64,000 nucleotides of DNA, from contig NC_045696.1 of assembly GCF_009834535.1 (NCBI RefSeq), positions 86,740,001 to 86,804,000 of the forward strand, written 5' to 3'. Shown here piece after piece: positions 27,431 through 40,153 of the stretch (position 1 is the stretch's first letter; every line of letters starts with the position of its first letter). The notes beneath the pieces are model-generated. The model made no database searches, was not told the origin of the DNA, and saw only the letters and a list, made by a program, of their open reading frames with translations. The translations under genes and the position numbers were made by a program. The stretch comes from Camelus ferus (taxonomy: Eukaryota).

Positions 27431-27769
27431 TGAAGGAGTTAATCTGATTTACGTTACATTTCTATTTCTGAACAATAAAGTGGGGTTCTGACATTGCACT
27501 CATGGCCCCAGGCTGGCTGAGCCTTTCTAATTTAAAATCTCTGGTCAGTGTTGTAGATGAGGAAATATGATGAATCACAAAAGTGACAAACATGACTTTG
27601 ATCAAAGTCATTTAAACATGTCTTGCTATAGCTCACTAGGGAAAGGCAAATGTATTAAGTGAGTAAAAGGAGGAAAGCAGGACATATCTGTGAGGAAAAC
27701 TGAGGGCTATCACTGTTTCTATTTGAAAGACACAAAAAATAAGTTCTAATCATCTGTTAAAATTTTTAC

Positions 27770-28240
27770 AGTTCTAAGCAGAATAATTGTCCCCCAAATG
27801 TATTAGGTCCAAATACCTGGAATATGAGGCTAATTTTATGAGGAAAAAGTATCTCTGCACATATGGTTAGATGAAGATATTGAGATGGAGAGATTCCTTG
27901 GATTTTCTGGGTGGGCCCTAAATGCAATCACAAGTGGAGGAGTTAAAATATATTCTGTAGAAGATGGGAGGGCATTGTGATAATATCAGGGAGGCAGAGA
28001 TTGGAATGAATGATATGGACACAGTCAAGAATGCAGGCAGCCACACGATGCTGGAAGAGTCAAGAAATGGATTTTCTCTTAGAGCCTCTTGGATGAATAT
28101 GGCCCTGATGACATCTTGATTTCAACTCAGTGAAAATGATTTTGGACATCTGCCTTCCAGAACTGTGAAAGAATAAATTTCTGTTGCTTTAAGTCACCGT
28201 TTGTGATAGGTAGTTACAGAAGCAACAGTCAACTAATTTG
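27770..28240 (+). mobile_element. MLT1C/D-type MaLR LTR
   Basis: gcagaataattgtccccc, gggtgggccctaaatgcaatcacaagtg, ccagaactgtgaaagaataaatttctgttgctttaag. Confidence 0.9.
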
Positions 28241-28848
28241 CCATTTTTTCTAAAATATCTTGTCAATTAATTTCTCTACGTTACCAAAATACTGAATACT
28301 GCATTTAATTACGTTTTGAAATGTTTAATGTATTCCTTTTAATTTTCATTTGATGGTATTTCAAGAAGAAACTTTGTGATCTTTTTACCACAATGTAGTT
28401 TTTTCTTACATTGGTTATGTTTCAAAGATTCAATTCAAGTAAATTTGATTTCTACATTCAGATCACTCTGACAAGTAAGTCAAGATATTAAATGAACATA
28501 CAATTTATATGCAACCAGCATGTAAGTCAACATTTTTTTCCAAAGAAAAACTGCTTCTACTTTAGCATTTTCTGATAAATCATGACAGTTATAAAATAAT
28601 TTATTTATGAACATATTTTATTTATTAAGCCAGGAACTAAATAACTATTGTGAAGGTATCTACTAGAACATTCAATGTGACAGAAAATGACACAGTCATG
28701 TTAGGACTTAAAGTATCCATGCTAATTTCTAAAAAGTGCACTCTTATTCTATATTTCTCTAACGAAGACATCTATTACATGATCCATCGATGATGAAACA
28801 TTAGTGAAGTACTATGAGGTTAATATAAGATGCCCACAGAGGTTTCCA

Positions 28849-29008
28849 AACGTGTACAATATAAGTGATTTGATATATGTATATGTTGTGAAATGATTAC
28901 TTCACTAAGTCTAGTTAACATCCATCACCTCACATAGTTACAGTATTTTTCTTGTGACAAGACATTTTCAGATCTACTCTCTTAGCAACAGAATATCTAT
29001 TTTTGAGA

Positions 29009-29046
<38 letters not shown>

Positions 29047-29147
29047 TGTGTGTACAAATTGTGGAAGTGAAACATCAAACCACTTATGTTGTACACCTTA
29101 AAATTTTACAATGTTATATGTCAATTATCTCAATAAAACAGGAAAAA
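28849..29147. mobile_element. Short L1MA9-type 3' end split by a local inversion
   Basis: 28849-28989 is antisense and 29074-29147 is sense; the pieces are contiguous and overlapping parts of one L1 3' UTR. Confidence 0.8.
29015..29053. repeat. (TG)n microsatellite
   Basis: Seen directly. Confidence 0.97.
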
Positions 29148-29339
29148 TAGATTTTGTGAGTACTAAGATTCAAGAAAAGAAGAGTATAAATCTTTCTATT
29201 TATTTTTCACTGTAACATGAGAAATTTTAAGCTAAATTTAATCTTTAAAATATGTATACATCTTTATACATCAATGATAACATACATTTGTCCAATTTGA
29301 ATATACTACAGATTCTTTGCTATTTGTACATGCATACAT

Positions 29340-30330
29340 TTACATGTACAATTTATATACAGTAAAGTGCATTATTTTAAGTGCATAGGTGATGGATTTC
29401 AATAAATGTAGATGGCCAATTCATCATAACCACAATCAGAATATAGGACATTTCCATCACGCCAACTATATCCCTTATTCTACCTTGTAGAAAATCTCCT
29501 TTGCTCTTTCTCTAGCCCCAGACAATATCATATGTGCTTTCTAACACTGTAAATTAGATACCCCTATATTATGATTCCATATGTATTATATTATACATCA
29601 TATAATCATATTTCTGGCTTCTTTTGCACTGTATTATGACATGAGTTCCTTCCATATTGTAGGGTTTATTGGTATATCATCATTCCATTTTACTGATGAA
29701 TTTTATTCCATTTTGTGGATACACCGAGGTTTGTTTTTCTATTCTATGGAAGGACATGTGTTGTGTCCAAATTTTAGCCAGTAGGAATAAATATGTTATG
29801 AATATTCTTGAATTAAGTCTTCGCCTGTATGCATGTTTCACTTTTTCTGGAGTAAATATTTAACAATGGATATAATAGGTCACTGGACAAATGCATATTT
29901 AATTTTATAAGAAACTGCCAACCTCTCTCCCAAATTGCTTTTATAATTATACACTCTCACCAGCAATATATAAGTGTTAAAGTTTCTTCACATTCTTTTC
30001 AAAAGCTGGTACTTTCAGTCCTTCTAACTTCAGCTCTTTTACGGGATATGTAGTGGTTTCTCATTTTAATTTACTTTCCACTTCTCTAATGATCGATGAT
30101 ATTGAGCATCTCTTCATGGGCTTATTCCATTTCTGTATCTTCTTGTGTATAGTGTCTCTTCAAATCTTTGTCAATTATTAATGTACTTGTTTTCTTATTG
30201 ATTTATAAGAATTCTTTTTAAATTAAAAATATAAGTCTTTTGCCAGACACTATTAAATTTTTTTTCTCAGAATATTGTTTGATTTTTAATTTTATTAAAG
30301 TGTCTTTCAAAGACACATTTAAAAAATTAT
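29340..30330 (-). mobile_element. L1MC/ME-type 3' end and ORF2 tail
   Basis: atatacagtaaagtgcattattttaagtgc, ttataagaaactgccaacc, gatattgagcatctcttcatggg. Confidence 0.85.
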
Positions 30331-30429
30331 TGTTCATATTTTTTTCTGGGCACGAGGTATACGTTACTTTCGAGTTGAAGTATTATAAAGCATTGTATTA
30401 TTCTTCATTTTTCCTTCTCCCACAAAAGG

Positions 30430-30610
30430 AAATGCTGAAGGCATTTGTTGGCCTAACAGTATTATTCAAGAAGGGAATCCTCTTGTCAACCTTGCCTCAG
30501 ATTCCAAGAGGACTGGAATACAGCCCACTTGCTGACACATGTAATACAAAGAAGATATTACTTCGGTGTTTTAAAGACCACTGATATTTTTTTATGGTGT
30601 CAGAGAGGTA
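30430..30610 (+). mobile_element. Possible old MLT1 LTR 3' fragment
   Basis: gctgacacatgtaat...ggtgttttaaagaccactgatattt resembles an MLT1 end. Confidence 0.35.
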
Positions 30611-32265
30611 CTGATTTTGTTGCTGGTTTCCCCCTACGGTATCATATCCTGATAAACACAGAATTTCATTTCAATTTTAATTTTCTAAGCATGTTCCACT
30701 GAGACCTGGACATCAAGTATACAGTAAACATCTCTGTTGTTATTTAGTTACTTCACCTTCATCCTTCCCTAGGACAATTACTCAGCTCCTTCTTTCTCTG
30801 GTAATCACATTTTTATTGCTGGGCTCCTTTCCACAAGCTTATGTTTCAACCTTGTCAACAATTCAGTCTGTATTGTAATCCAGGTAACTTCTTTTCAGCC
30901 AAAAACTCTAAGAATGAAAATCATAACTCAAGTACTTTTACACTTTCAAATCTTCAGCAGCTGAAGTATAAACATAGCCTGAGAAAACCTCAGTCAGTTT
31001 CATTAAACTTAAGAGTCCTCAAGGGACTTTCTACCACTGAAAAAGTCCTACTGAATATTCTGGATCAGTAGAATGCTTTTAAACTCAGCATGGAATACAC
31101 ACATCTGATTTATGGAGTTTTAACTTCTGCCACAGAAAGAAAGGTTACATTCCCAGTGAGTTTTTAAGAGTGCTTTGGTCAGAGAGAAAAAACCCTGCAG
31201 CATTTTGACTAGGAAGTTCCCTCTCAGGAAGGGTTTCTCATCACGCCTCATTTTTAGTTATTAAGTACAGAGAGAACTCCTGAGGTGTTTGCTTTATGTA
31301 AAAACAAAGACCAACACCAACTGATTCTTTAATAAAACAGTATCAGATTGTTTGGATAATGGTATTGAGAAATAACCTGGATTGTTTCAAAACAGCAGCC
31401 TTCTTAAACCAAATAAGAAAAAAAGGCCATAAATAACTCCTGTACATTATGCCTCCTCCCCGAAACAAAGACCCTCAAAAGAATGTTTTAACTAAGAAAT
31501 AGCTGGAATCTCTCTTAATAGGGTAAGAAATTCCAATGAGTAATTAGCTATATTTTTAAAGGTTTTAAATTCGAAGAGAATTTATACTTAAGAAATTAGA
31601 AGAAAACTATTGTTACAAATTAAGAGCAAGAAAAAGAAAAGTTGAAGTTTTGGATTCATAAAGCAGAAACAGACACAGAGATGTTGAATAATAAACAGAT
31701 AATAAGCTGATCATGTGAATTTTGATACGTAATCCTATTATACCATAGGTGAGGAAATTAAATGGGCCTCAGAATATACCATGTTATATGTTATTTATAT
31801 GTAAATCAGATATATAACTTTTGTCCACTGAATGCAATTAAATCAGTCTTATGCTTCATTTGTGTGTTTCAGTAAGTTGATATATAGTTTTAGAATTATT
31901 TTTTCCTATAAAATACCACTTTAGCAGCAATGATTTGTAATACAAGGGCAATTTCTGTAGCATTACAAACTGAAAGACATGTAGACTTAAGATCCTAGAC
32001 TACCAATTCCTACCTTGAACAAACAAGGGCAAATGATTTTTGGCATAGATAATTTTGAGCTTTTCAGATCTTGAAATATGATTCGCAATATAGACATACA
32101 CATGTACATACATTTGTATGTATATGTGTGTCTGTGTGTGTGTGTGTATACACATAAAAGGAAAGAGAGAGAGAGGAGAGGTTTGTTAACAAAGTCCAAA
32201 CGTTTGAATTATATTTCCTACTTTCATCCGTAAGTAACATGAGTTAAACTATTAACTTGACAACT

Positions 32266-32960
32266 TTGTCAAGTTTTGAGTGGTCTTCATATAACTTGGA
32301 TAATAGTCCTTATTAGATATGTTTTGTAAATATTTTCCTACAGTCTGTGGCTTGTCTTTTCATTCTCTTAACACTATTCATATCAGATAAAAGTTTTTAA
32401 TTTTAATGAAATAAAAAATTCCAAGTTTTTCATTCAAGGATTGTGCTTTTGCTGTTGTAGCATCTAAAAAGCCATCAGCAAAGCTAAGGTCACCTTGATA
32501 TTCTTCTATGCTAAGTTCTGGGAATTTTAAAATTCTGAGTTAATTTCATTTAGGATATGATCTATTTTGAGTTAACTTTTCTGAAGGGTGGGTATTCTAT
32601 CATGATCCTTTTTTTTTTTTTTTTTTTTGCATGTGAATGTCCAGTTGTTCCAGAACCATTTATTGAAAAGGCTATCCTTTGTCTATTGCATTGATTTTGC
32701 TCCTTTGTTACAGATCAATTGGCCTTATTGTTATGAGTCAATTTCTGCACTCTGCTCTGCTCTGATTACCTATTTGTCTATACTTTTGCTAATTGCACAC
32801 TTTCTTAATTATTGTAGATTTACAGCAGTTCTCAAAGTCTGATACTATCAGTCCTCCAACTTTGTTCTTTTCTTAAACATTGCACTGGATATTCTGGGTC
32901 TTTTGCCTTCCTCTGTTTAGAAACAGCTTGTCCATAGTCACAAAATGACTTGCTGGTAAT
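32266..32960 (-). mobile_element. L1M ORF2 fragment
   Basis: cagtctgtggcttgtcttttcattctcttaac, gtccagttgttccagaaccatttattgaaaaggctatcc, tcagtcctccaactttgttc. Confidence 0.9.
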
Positions 32961-35900
32961 CTCACTAAAAGGACACGAGAGAAATGTTCTCTTAACTAAA
33001 GCTGTATCCAAATAAGACCTATGATACCCATTAACATTCTACAAACTAGAGAAAAAATAATGCCTGGAAATATTTTCTGAATTTAATTATATAGCAATTA
33101 ATAAAAATGTGTTTTTAGTATTATTCTCAAGCGTTATGTAATTTGAAGTTATAATGTGATTTACTGTGTGTTGTGCATGAATGTGTATGTATATGTGAAA
33201 AAGAGAGAGATAGAGACATACAGAGACAAAAATATTTCTTCAATATAACATTATTTTAAAAGGAGATAACCAAATTGTGTATCACAATTTCTAGTATGTT
33301 ACAGTGCCAAGGATCAGGTACATGCACAATGCTGAAGGATAATAATAATTTGAAAATAATAAATATGGTAACAATTTAGATAATGATCATTTGAAGCTAA
33401 ATTATTAAAAATAATTTTAATAATATTTTAAATACAGAGGTATGATTTGAATTCAATCCATATTAAAGATAGGTCCATTTAGAAAAATACATTAAAGTCT
33501 AAGTTTTTCATTATACCTTTTTAATGTTTTGAAATTCAATTCCATTGTGACTAATAGATTTTTGACTAGACATTAAACTTTTACAATTAAAATAAATGGT
33601 CATTTGCAAATATCAACACTGATTTTAGCTTTGTGTCCCAGGATGCTTTTCCATTTGATTTTGGGGCAGTGGTCAGGCAACCATCACTGCCCATTTAAGA
33701 ATCTATAGACAAATATTATTTTAGACTTGTGTCATTTAATCCAAAGGTTGTATTTATAATAAAAGCTTTTTTTCTCTTCTCGGCTATCTTTTTTTTCATT
33801 TACAGAAATATTTCAGCCTCATGCTCTTCAGTAGGAGCATGGTTCTAAACAACTAACTTCTGGACTTCACTGTTCTCCGAAGTCTTCTCAATCTAGACCA
33901 TGACTCTTACCTTTTTTATTGACTCGGGAGTTGGGATTTTTTTCTGACTTATTCCTAACTGCAGCTTAATGTTCGAAAAGTTGGAAACCTAATCCAGCCC
34001 GATAATAGAAAGTTGTATAAATAAAATTGGAACCATAAATCTGAAAGCATACGTTTTAAATTAAGCAGTTTCTTGAGAAAATGTCAACTTAGACTTAAGT
34101 TTTGCTTAAGTCTTGAGAAATTACACACACATCCACACACACATAAACAGACAAGCGCACAGACTACAAATATATACAGGCATGACTTTATAATCTGCCG
34201 GTCCAGAAGAAAATAAAGCAGGGAAAAGTGCTATTAATTGTACTAAAATTTAAAGTGCATTCCTTTAAAAATATTTTATTGTTTGAAAAACTTAACAGAG
34301 TAATAGTGATAGATGAGTAAAAACATAAACTTACAAGAAGCCTGTTACTTTCCATCTTTTTAATCATAGGCATTCTACTGGGTATGCGACTATATCGGAT
34401 GTAGTATGAATTATTTTCCTAATGACTGCTGATGCTGAATTCATTTTCATGTGCTTATTAGGCATTGACAATGGTTTTGATAGAATTCACAAGAAATGTA
34501 TTCTGGACCTGGGCTATTTTGGGGGAGATTTTAATTAAATAATTCAACTTTATTCATTTTTATAGGTATATTCAGATGTTCTATTCTTCTTGAACCAGTC
34601 TGGTAATTTGTGTCCCTATAGCAATTGGCTCTATACATTTATGTAATTAATTTTGTTGATAAGCAATCGTTCATAGTGTTCCCTTAAAGTTTTTCAATTT
34701 ATTTATGCAATTAAACCATAGTGATGTACCCGATTAGATTCTTGACTTCTTTTTTTTATTGATAAGCCTAGACAAAATTTTGCCTAGTTTTTTACTCTTT
34801 CAATTACTTTTTCATTTTATTAATTTTCTATTTTTTCTGATTTCTCTTTCATTTAATTCCATTCTAATCTTTATTATTTCTGTCTTTGTTTGCTTTGGGT
34901 TCAATTTGTTCTTTTTATAGTTTCTTGAGATAAAAGGTTAAGTTCATTCTTTTCATAAAAATCTTTTAAATTACTTTTTGTGATTTTTTTTACTTGAGCC
35001 ATAGACTACTTAGAAATATGTTGTTCAATTTTCAATCATTTAGGAATGTGCTAGAATTCTTTCTGTTGTTTATTTCTAATCTTCATCTCCTATTGGGCAG
35101 ATAACACACACATTGTGATTTCAATCCTTTTAAAGTTATCGAGATTTTTTTAATTGTCTGCCATATGTTCTATTTTGGTGAATGTTCCATTTGCACTTAA
35201 AATAATGTATGTTATGCTGTTATCTGTTGGAATGTTCTATGTCTGTCAGTGAGAACAAGTGGGTTGATAGTGTGGTTCACCTCTTCTGTATATTTTCTAG
35301 TTTTATGTCAATTCCCTAGACAGATATATTGAAACCTGCCTCTGTAATTTTTAATTGTTTATTTCTCCTTTCAGTTGTTTCATTTTTACTTCATGTATTT
35401 AGTGGATTCATTGTTAGGTACATGTACATTTTCAATTACATCTTCATGATTCATGGCACCTATTATCATTATGAAATGACCTTTTTGCCTGTTGCAACAT
35501 TTCTTGTTTTAATGTATTTTTTTACATTAATATATCACCTTCAGCCCTGCTATGGTTAGTGTCTACATGCAGCCTTTTATCATAGTTTATTTTCAAGTTA
35601 TTTGTGTTTTTGACTCTAAAGTATACCACAGTGGAAAACATGTAGTAAGACCTGATTGTTTTATCTAGTCTGAGAATTGATGAGCTTTAATTGGAATGCT
35701 CAGTCTATTCAAAGTTAAAATAATTATTAAAATTTTTTAATTTACATCTTCCATTATGTTTCTTATATTTCATATATTTTAGGTAATTTTTGTTCCTCTA
35801 TCCCTCTTTTATTACCTTTTTATTACATATGTCTTATACTATACCATTTCAATTTCTCTACAGACTTTTAACTGTATTTTCTGTATTATTTTCTTAATGG

Positions 35901-36135
35901 TTGTTCTAGGGATTAAATAGAGAACTTTAACTTTTCCCAGTCAAACTGATGTGAAAGCTTACTTGATTCCAGTTAAATATAGCAATTTTGCTTTAATAAA
36001 GCCTATACTTCATATTATTTTAACATATCATATTTCTATATGTTATAAACCTAACAATGCAATGTTATTATTTAAGCAATCATTTGTTTTTAAATAAATT
36101 AATAGAATAAGAGTGAACAATATATTTGTATAGTA

Positions 36136-36521
36136 TGTATTAGTTTTTGAGGGCTGCCGTAACAAAATATCACAGACTGGATGGCCTAACAGAATTTGTT
36201 ATCTCACAGTCCTGGCGGCTGGAAGCTTAAGATCAAAGTGTCAGCAGGGTTGGGGGTGTTTCTTTTCAAGCCTCTCTCTTTTAGTTTATAAATTGCCATC
36301 TTCTCTCTGTTCCTCACACAGTCCTCTCTGAGCATGTCTGTGTCCTCCTCTTCTTATCCAGGACACAAGTGTCATTGGATTACTTCTCACCCATATGAAC
36401 TCATTTTTATCTTTACTTGCCTTTCTAACGGCCTTATCTTCAAATGCAATCATATTCTGAGGTTTTAGGAGTTAAGACTTCAGCATTCTGACTCTGAGGG
36501 GAAAGAATTCAACCCATAATA
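36136..36521 (-). mobile_element. MLT1B-type MaLR solo LTR
   Basis: tgtattagtttttgagggctgccgtaacaaaatatcacagactggatggc...aattcaacccataata; about 385 bp, full length. Confidence 0.9.
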
Positions 36522-37200
36522 TAATTTTCTATATTTACCCCCATATTTATTATTTCTGGAGCTTTTCTGTTCTTCATGCATATTTGAGGTTCTACCATAT
36601 GTTTTAGATGGGTGTGCTAGCCGTGAATTGTCTCAGTTTTTATTTATCTAAGAATATTTTAGCTTTGTCTTCATTTATGAATGATACATTTTATATATAT
36701 ACTATTCTTGGCTGATAGCTTTTTCTTTAACTAATTGAATACTTCATTTTAATGACCTCTGGCTTCTCTTATTTCTAAAGAGACATCAGCCATTGGTAAT
36801 ATTATTACTTCCCTGTATGTGATGAAAAAAATTTTTTTTTTTTTTTTGCACTTTCAAGATTTCTTTTCTTTCTCTTTAACATTTCGTTGTTTCTCCAGGT
36901 GTTTGGTGTGGCTAAATGTGGATTTCTGTGTTTATTTTGGTTAGGATGGTTTTCATTAAATTAGTCAAGTTTTCTACCATTATTTCTTAAAATACATTTT
37001 CTTTGTTTCCTTTCTGAGCTGTCATTATACTTACATTGGTGCACTTGATTGTGTTTCAAAGTTTTGTTACTTTTAATTTTTTTCAGTTTTTTTGTTGTTG
37101 TTGTTCAACACATGGACTAATTTCCACTTTCCTGTCTTCAAGATGCACTTATACCTCATTTAATTGCACTTTGCTTTATTGCCACTTTACAGATACTGGT

Positions 37201-37211
37201 GTTTTGTTTTG

Positions 37212-37242
<31 letters not shown>
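37201..37242. repeat. (GTTTT)n pentanucleotide repeat within Tigger1
   Basis: Seen directly. Confidence 0.95.
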
Positions 37243-37606
37243 TACAAATTGAAGGTTTGTGGCAACCCTGCATCAAGCAAGTTTATTGGCATCATTTTTC
37301 CAACACCAATTACTCCCTTTGTGTCTCTGTATCATATTTTGTTAATTCTCACATTATTTTGAGCTTTCTCATTATTATTATATTTGTTACGATAATCTCT
37401 AGTCCATGATTTTTGATGTTACTGTTGTGGTTGCTTTGGGGCACCATGAACCACACCCATATAAAACTATGAACTTAATTGATCAATGTTGTGTGCATTC
37501 TGACTGCTCCACAGACCAGCCATTTCCATCTGTCTCCCACTCCTTATGCCTCTCTGCTGCCTGAGATACAACAAAATTGAAGTTAGATCAAATTAATAAC
37601 GTTACA

Positions 37607-39055
37607 ATGGCTTCTAAGTGTTCAAGTGAAACAAAGAGTCAGATGGCTCTCATTTTAAATCAAAAACCAGAAATAATTAAACTTAGTGAGGAAGGCATGT
37701 CAAAAGCTGAGATAGGCAGAAAGCTAGGCCTCTGGTGCCAAATAGTTAGCCAAGTTGAAAATGTAAAGAAAAAGTTCTTGAAGGGAATTAAAAGTGCTAC
37801 TCCAGAAAATGCACAAATAGTAAGAAAGCAAAAAAAGCCTCATTCTGATATGGAGAAAGTTTCAGTTGTCTGGATAGAAGATCAAACCAGACACAACATT
37901 CCAGATCAAGGCCACAAATTCCTTCATTTCTATAAAGGTTGAGAGAAGTGAGAAGGAAAAATTGAAAGCTCGCAGAAGTTGATTAATGAGCCTTAAGAAA
38001 AGAAACCATCTCCAAAAAATAAAAGTACATAGTGAAGCAGCAAGTGCTGATGTTGAAGCTGAATCAAGTTAACCAGATTATCCTGCTATATTAAGTGATT
38101 AATGAGGGTGGCAATATTTTCAGTGTAAACAAAACAGTCATCTATTAGAAGAAGATGCCATCTAGGACTTTCACAGCTTGAGAGAAGTCAATGCCTGGTT
38201 TCAACAATTTGAAGGACAGGTTGACACTTCTGTTAAGGACTAATGCAACTGGTGACCTTTTGTTTATTTACCATTTCAAAAATCTTAGGGCCCTTAAGAA
38301 TTGTGCAAAATCTACTCTGCCTATGCTCTAAAACTGGCATAACAAAACCTGAATGACAGCACATCTGCTTTCAAGATGGTTTACTGAGTATTTTAAGCCC
38401 ACTGTTGAAAACTTATATTCAGAAAAAAGATTCATTTCAAAATGTTACTGGACCTGGACATCATCATTCTAAGTAAAGTTAAGCCAGAAAGAGAAAGAAA
38501 AATACTACATGATATTACTCATATGTGGAACCTAAAGAAAAAAACAGAAAAGAAAAAAAGAAAAGAGGACACTAACTAATGAACTCATCTACAAAAGAAA
38601 CAGACTTACAGACATACTAAACAATCTATGGTTACCAGGGAAAGAGAGGGGAAAGGGATAAATTTGGGAGTTAGAGGATTTGCAAATGTTAACCACTATG
38701 TACAAAAATAGATAAAAACAAAATTTCTTCTGTATAACACAAGGAACTATATTCAATATCTTACAATAAGCTTTAATGAAAAAAATGAATATATGTATAT
38801 ATATATGCATAACTGGGACATTATGCTGTACACCAGAAACTGATACATTATAACTGACTATACTTCAAGTTTCAAAAAAGTTACTGCTTATTGACAAAGC
38901 ACTTGATCACCCACGAGCCCTGATGGAGATGTGCAATGAGATTAATACTGCTTTCATGTCTGCTAACAAAATACCCATGCAGCAGCCCATGAACCAAAGA
39001 GTAACTCTGACTTTCAAGTCTTATCATTTAAGCAATACATTTCATAAGGCTATAG
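37607..39055 (+). pseudogene. Disrupted Tigger1 transposase (CENP-B/pogo family)
   Basis: [42 protein letters not shown]...[19 protein letters not shown] is the Tigger1 HTH N-terminus; followed by frameshifts, stops and an L1 insertion. Confidence 0.9.
38451..38874 (+). mobile_element. Young 5'-truncated L1 3' end inserted in Tigger1
   Basis: gacctggacatcatcattctaagt...actgactatacttca; TSD AAAATGTTACTG (38439-38450) / AAAAAGTTACTG (38875-38886). Confidence 0.92.
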
Positions 39056-39664
39056 TGACCTGACTTTCTATAGGTTTCTCTTTTGTCTGTATAGTTTTGT
39101 GTTCAGCCAATGATTTGAGCACAGATTCTGCTCAAACACCTCAGAAGGCTTCCTTCTACTCTCTGACAATCAATCTTTGTGGGTGTTCAAAAGTACATTC
39201 TAAGTTAAGTTGGTTCTCATTTCTTCCTTGGTTTTTCTTACTACCATGTTCACCCTGGCCTCCCTGAGCATGCATACAATGTCCCAGACAAGCAAGGCTT
39301 TGGGGAGATCTGGCCCTTCTGTAGCTCTTTTCCCATCATAAACTGGATGAATTTCTGGCTTGCTCACTGCTCATCCTAAGCCAACCACAACCTCAGTCTT
39401 AACAAAGCTGTAAGTTTCTCATGTTTTTCCTACTACATTTAATAGTTTTATCTGACAGTTATTTGCTTTTCCTGCTCCTCTTCCCCTCCCCCCAAATATC
39501 TACTCTCTTGCAGCAAAGCTCCTACTCTTCAAAGAAAGCCTTACCTATTGAAACTCTAGTTTTCAGTATAGCTTGGCTGAGGGAGGGAATGTTAAGAAAC
39601 AGCATATTCTATGACAACAGTCCTGAGCTCACAAGAAGCCAATGTCTTTAAATGAAAAAGCTGG

Positions 39665-40110
39665 AACAATGTCACCATTAATTATATTCACAATACTGTT
39701 TTATACCCATTGAGCAACAACTACTGATTCACTCTTCTCAGCCCCTGGTAACCTCTGTTCTACTTTCTGTCTTTATTAATTTGCCTATTCAAAACAATTC
39801 ATATAAGTGGCATCATACAATATTTGTCCTTTTGTGTCTGGAGTACTTCACTTAGCAAAACATTTTCAAATCATCCATATTGTAGCATGTATCAGAACTT
39901 TGCTCCTTTTTATAGTTAAATAGTATTCTATTAATATTATAACATGCTTAAAAATTGATTTATCTGTTGATGGACACAGGTGGTTTCCACTTTTAGATAG
40001 TTGTAAATAAGGCTGCAATGAACATCAATATACACGTGTTTGAGCCTCTTTTCAATGAATTTGACTATATACTTATGAGTGGAATTGCTATAGCATATAG
40101 TAAATATATG
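39665..40110 (-). mobile_element. L1MB-type 3' end fragment
   Basis: cagcccctggtaacctctgttctactttctgtc, catcatacaatatttgtccttttgtgtctgg, tatctgttgatggacac. Confidence 0.88.
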
Positions 40111-40114
40111 ATAT

Positions 40115-40118
40115 TGTG

Positions 40119-40153
<35 letters not shown>

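Larger units (their letters stand above)
37146..39057 (+). mobile_element. Tigger1 (TcMar-Tigger) DNA transposon, 3'-truncated
   Basis: Decayed 5' TIR cacttatacctc; ttttacaaattgaaggtttgtggcaaccctgcatc; transposase coding remnants; no 3' TIR seen. Confidence 0.95.
34340..39640 (-). mobile_element. Long old L1M (ORF2, ORF1, 5' UTR) interrupted by MLT1B and Tigger1
   Basis: Antisense L1 motifs in order: ggacctgggctatttt, ttggtgaatgttccatttgcactt, tgaattgtctcagtttttatttatct, ttcctgtcttcaag; 5'-UTR-like sequence resumes after about 39060 (less certain). Confidence 0.75.

Noticed and set aside
27480..27715. Old MLT1J/K-like fragment
   Set aside because: Similarity too decayed to support by eye.
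30240..30584. 114-aa ORF
   Set aside because: Non-ATG start, spans L1 and probable MLT1 remnants, no recognisable domain.
33780..33870. Plus-strand acceptor (ttttcatttacag at 33805) as a coding exon start
   Set aside because: Stops in all frames within about 50 nt and no convincing donor.
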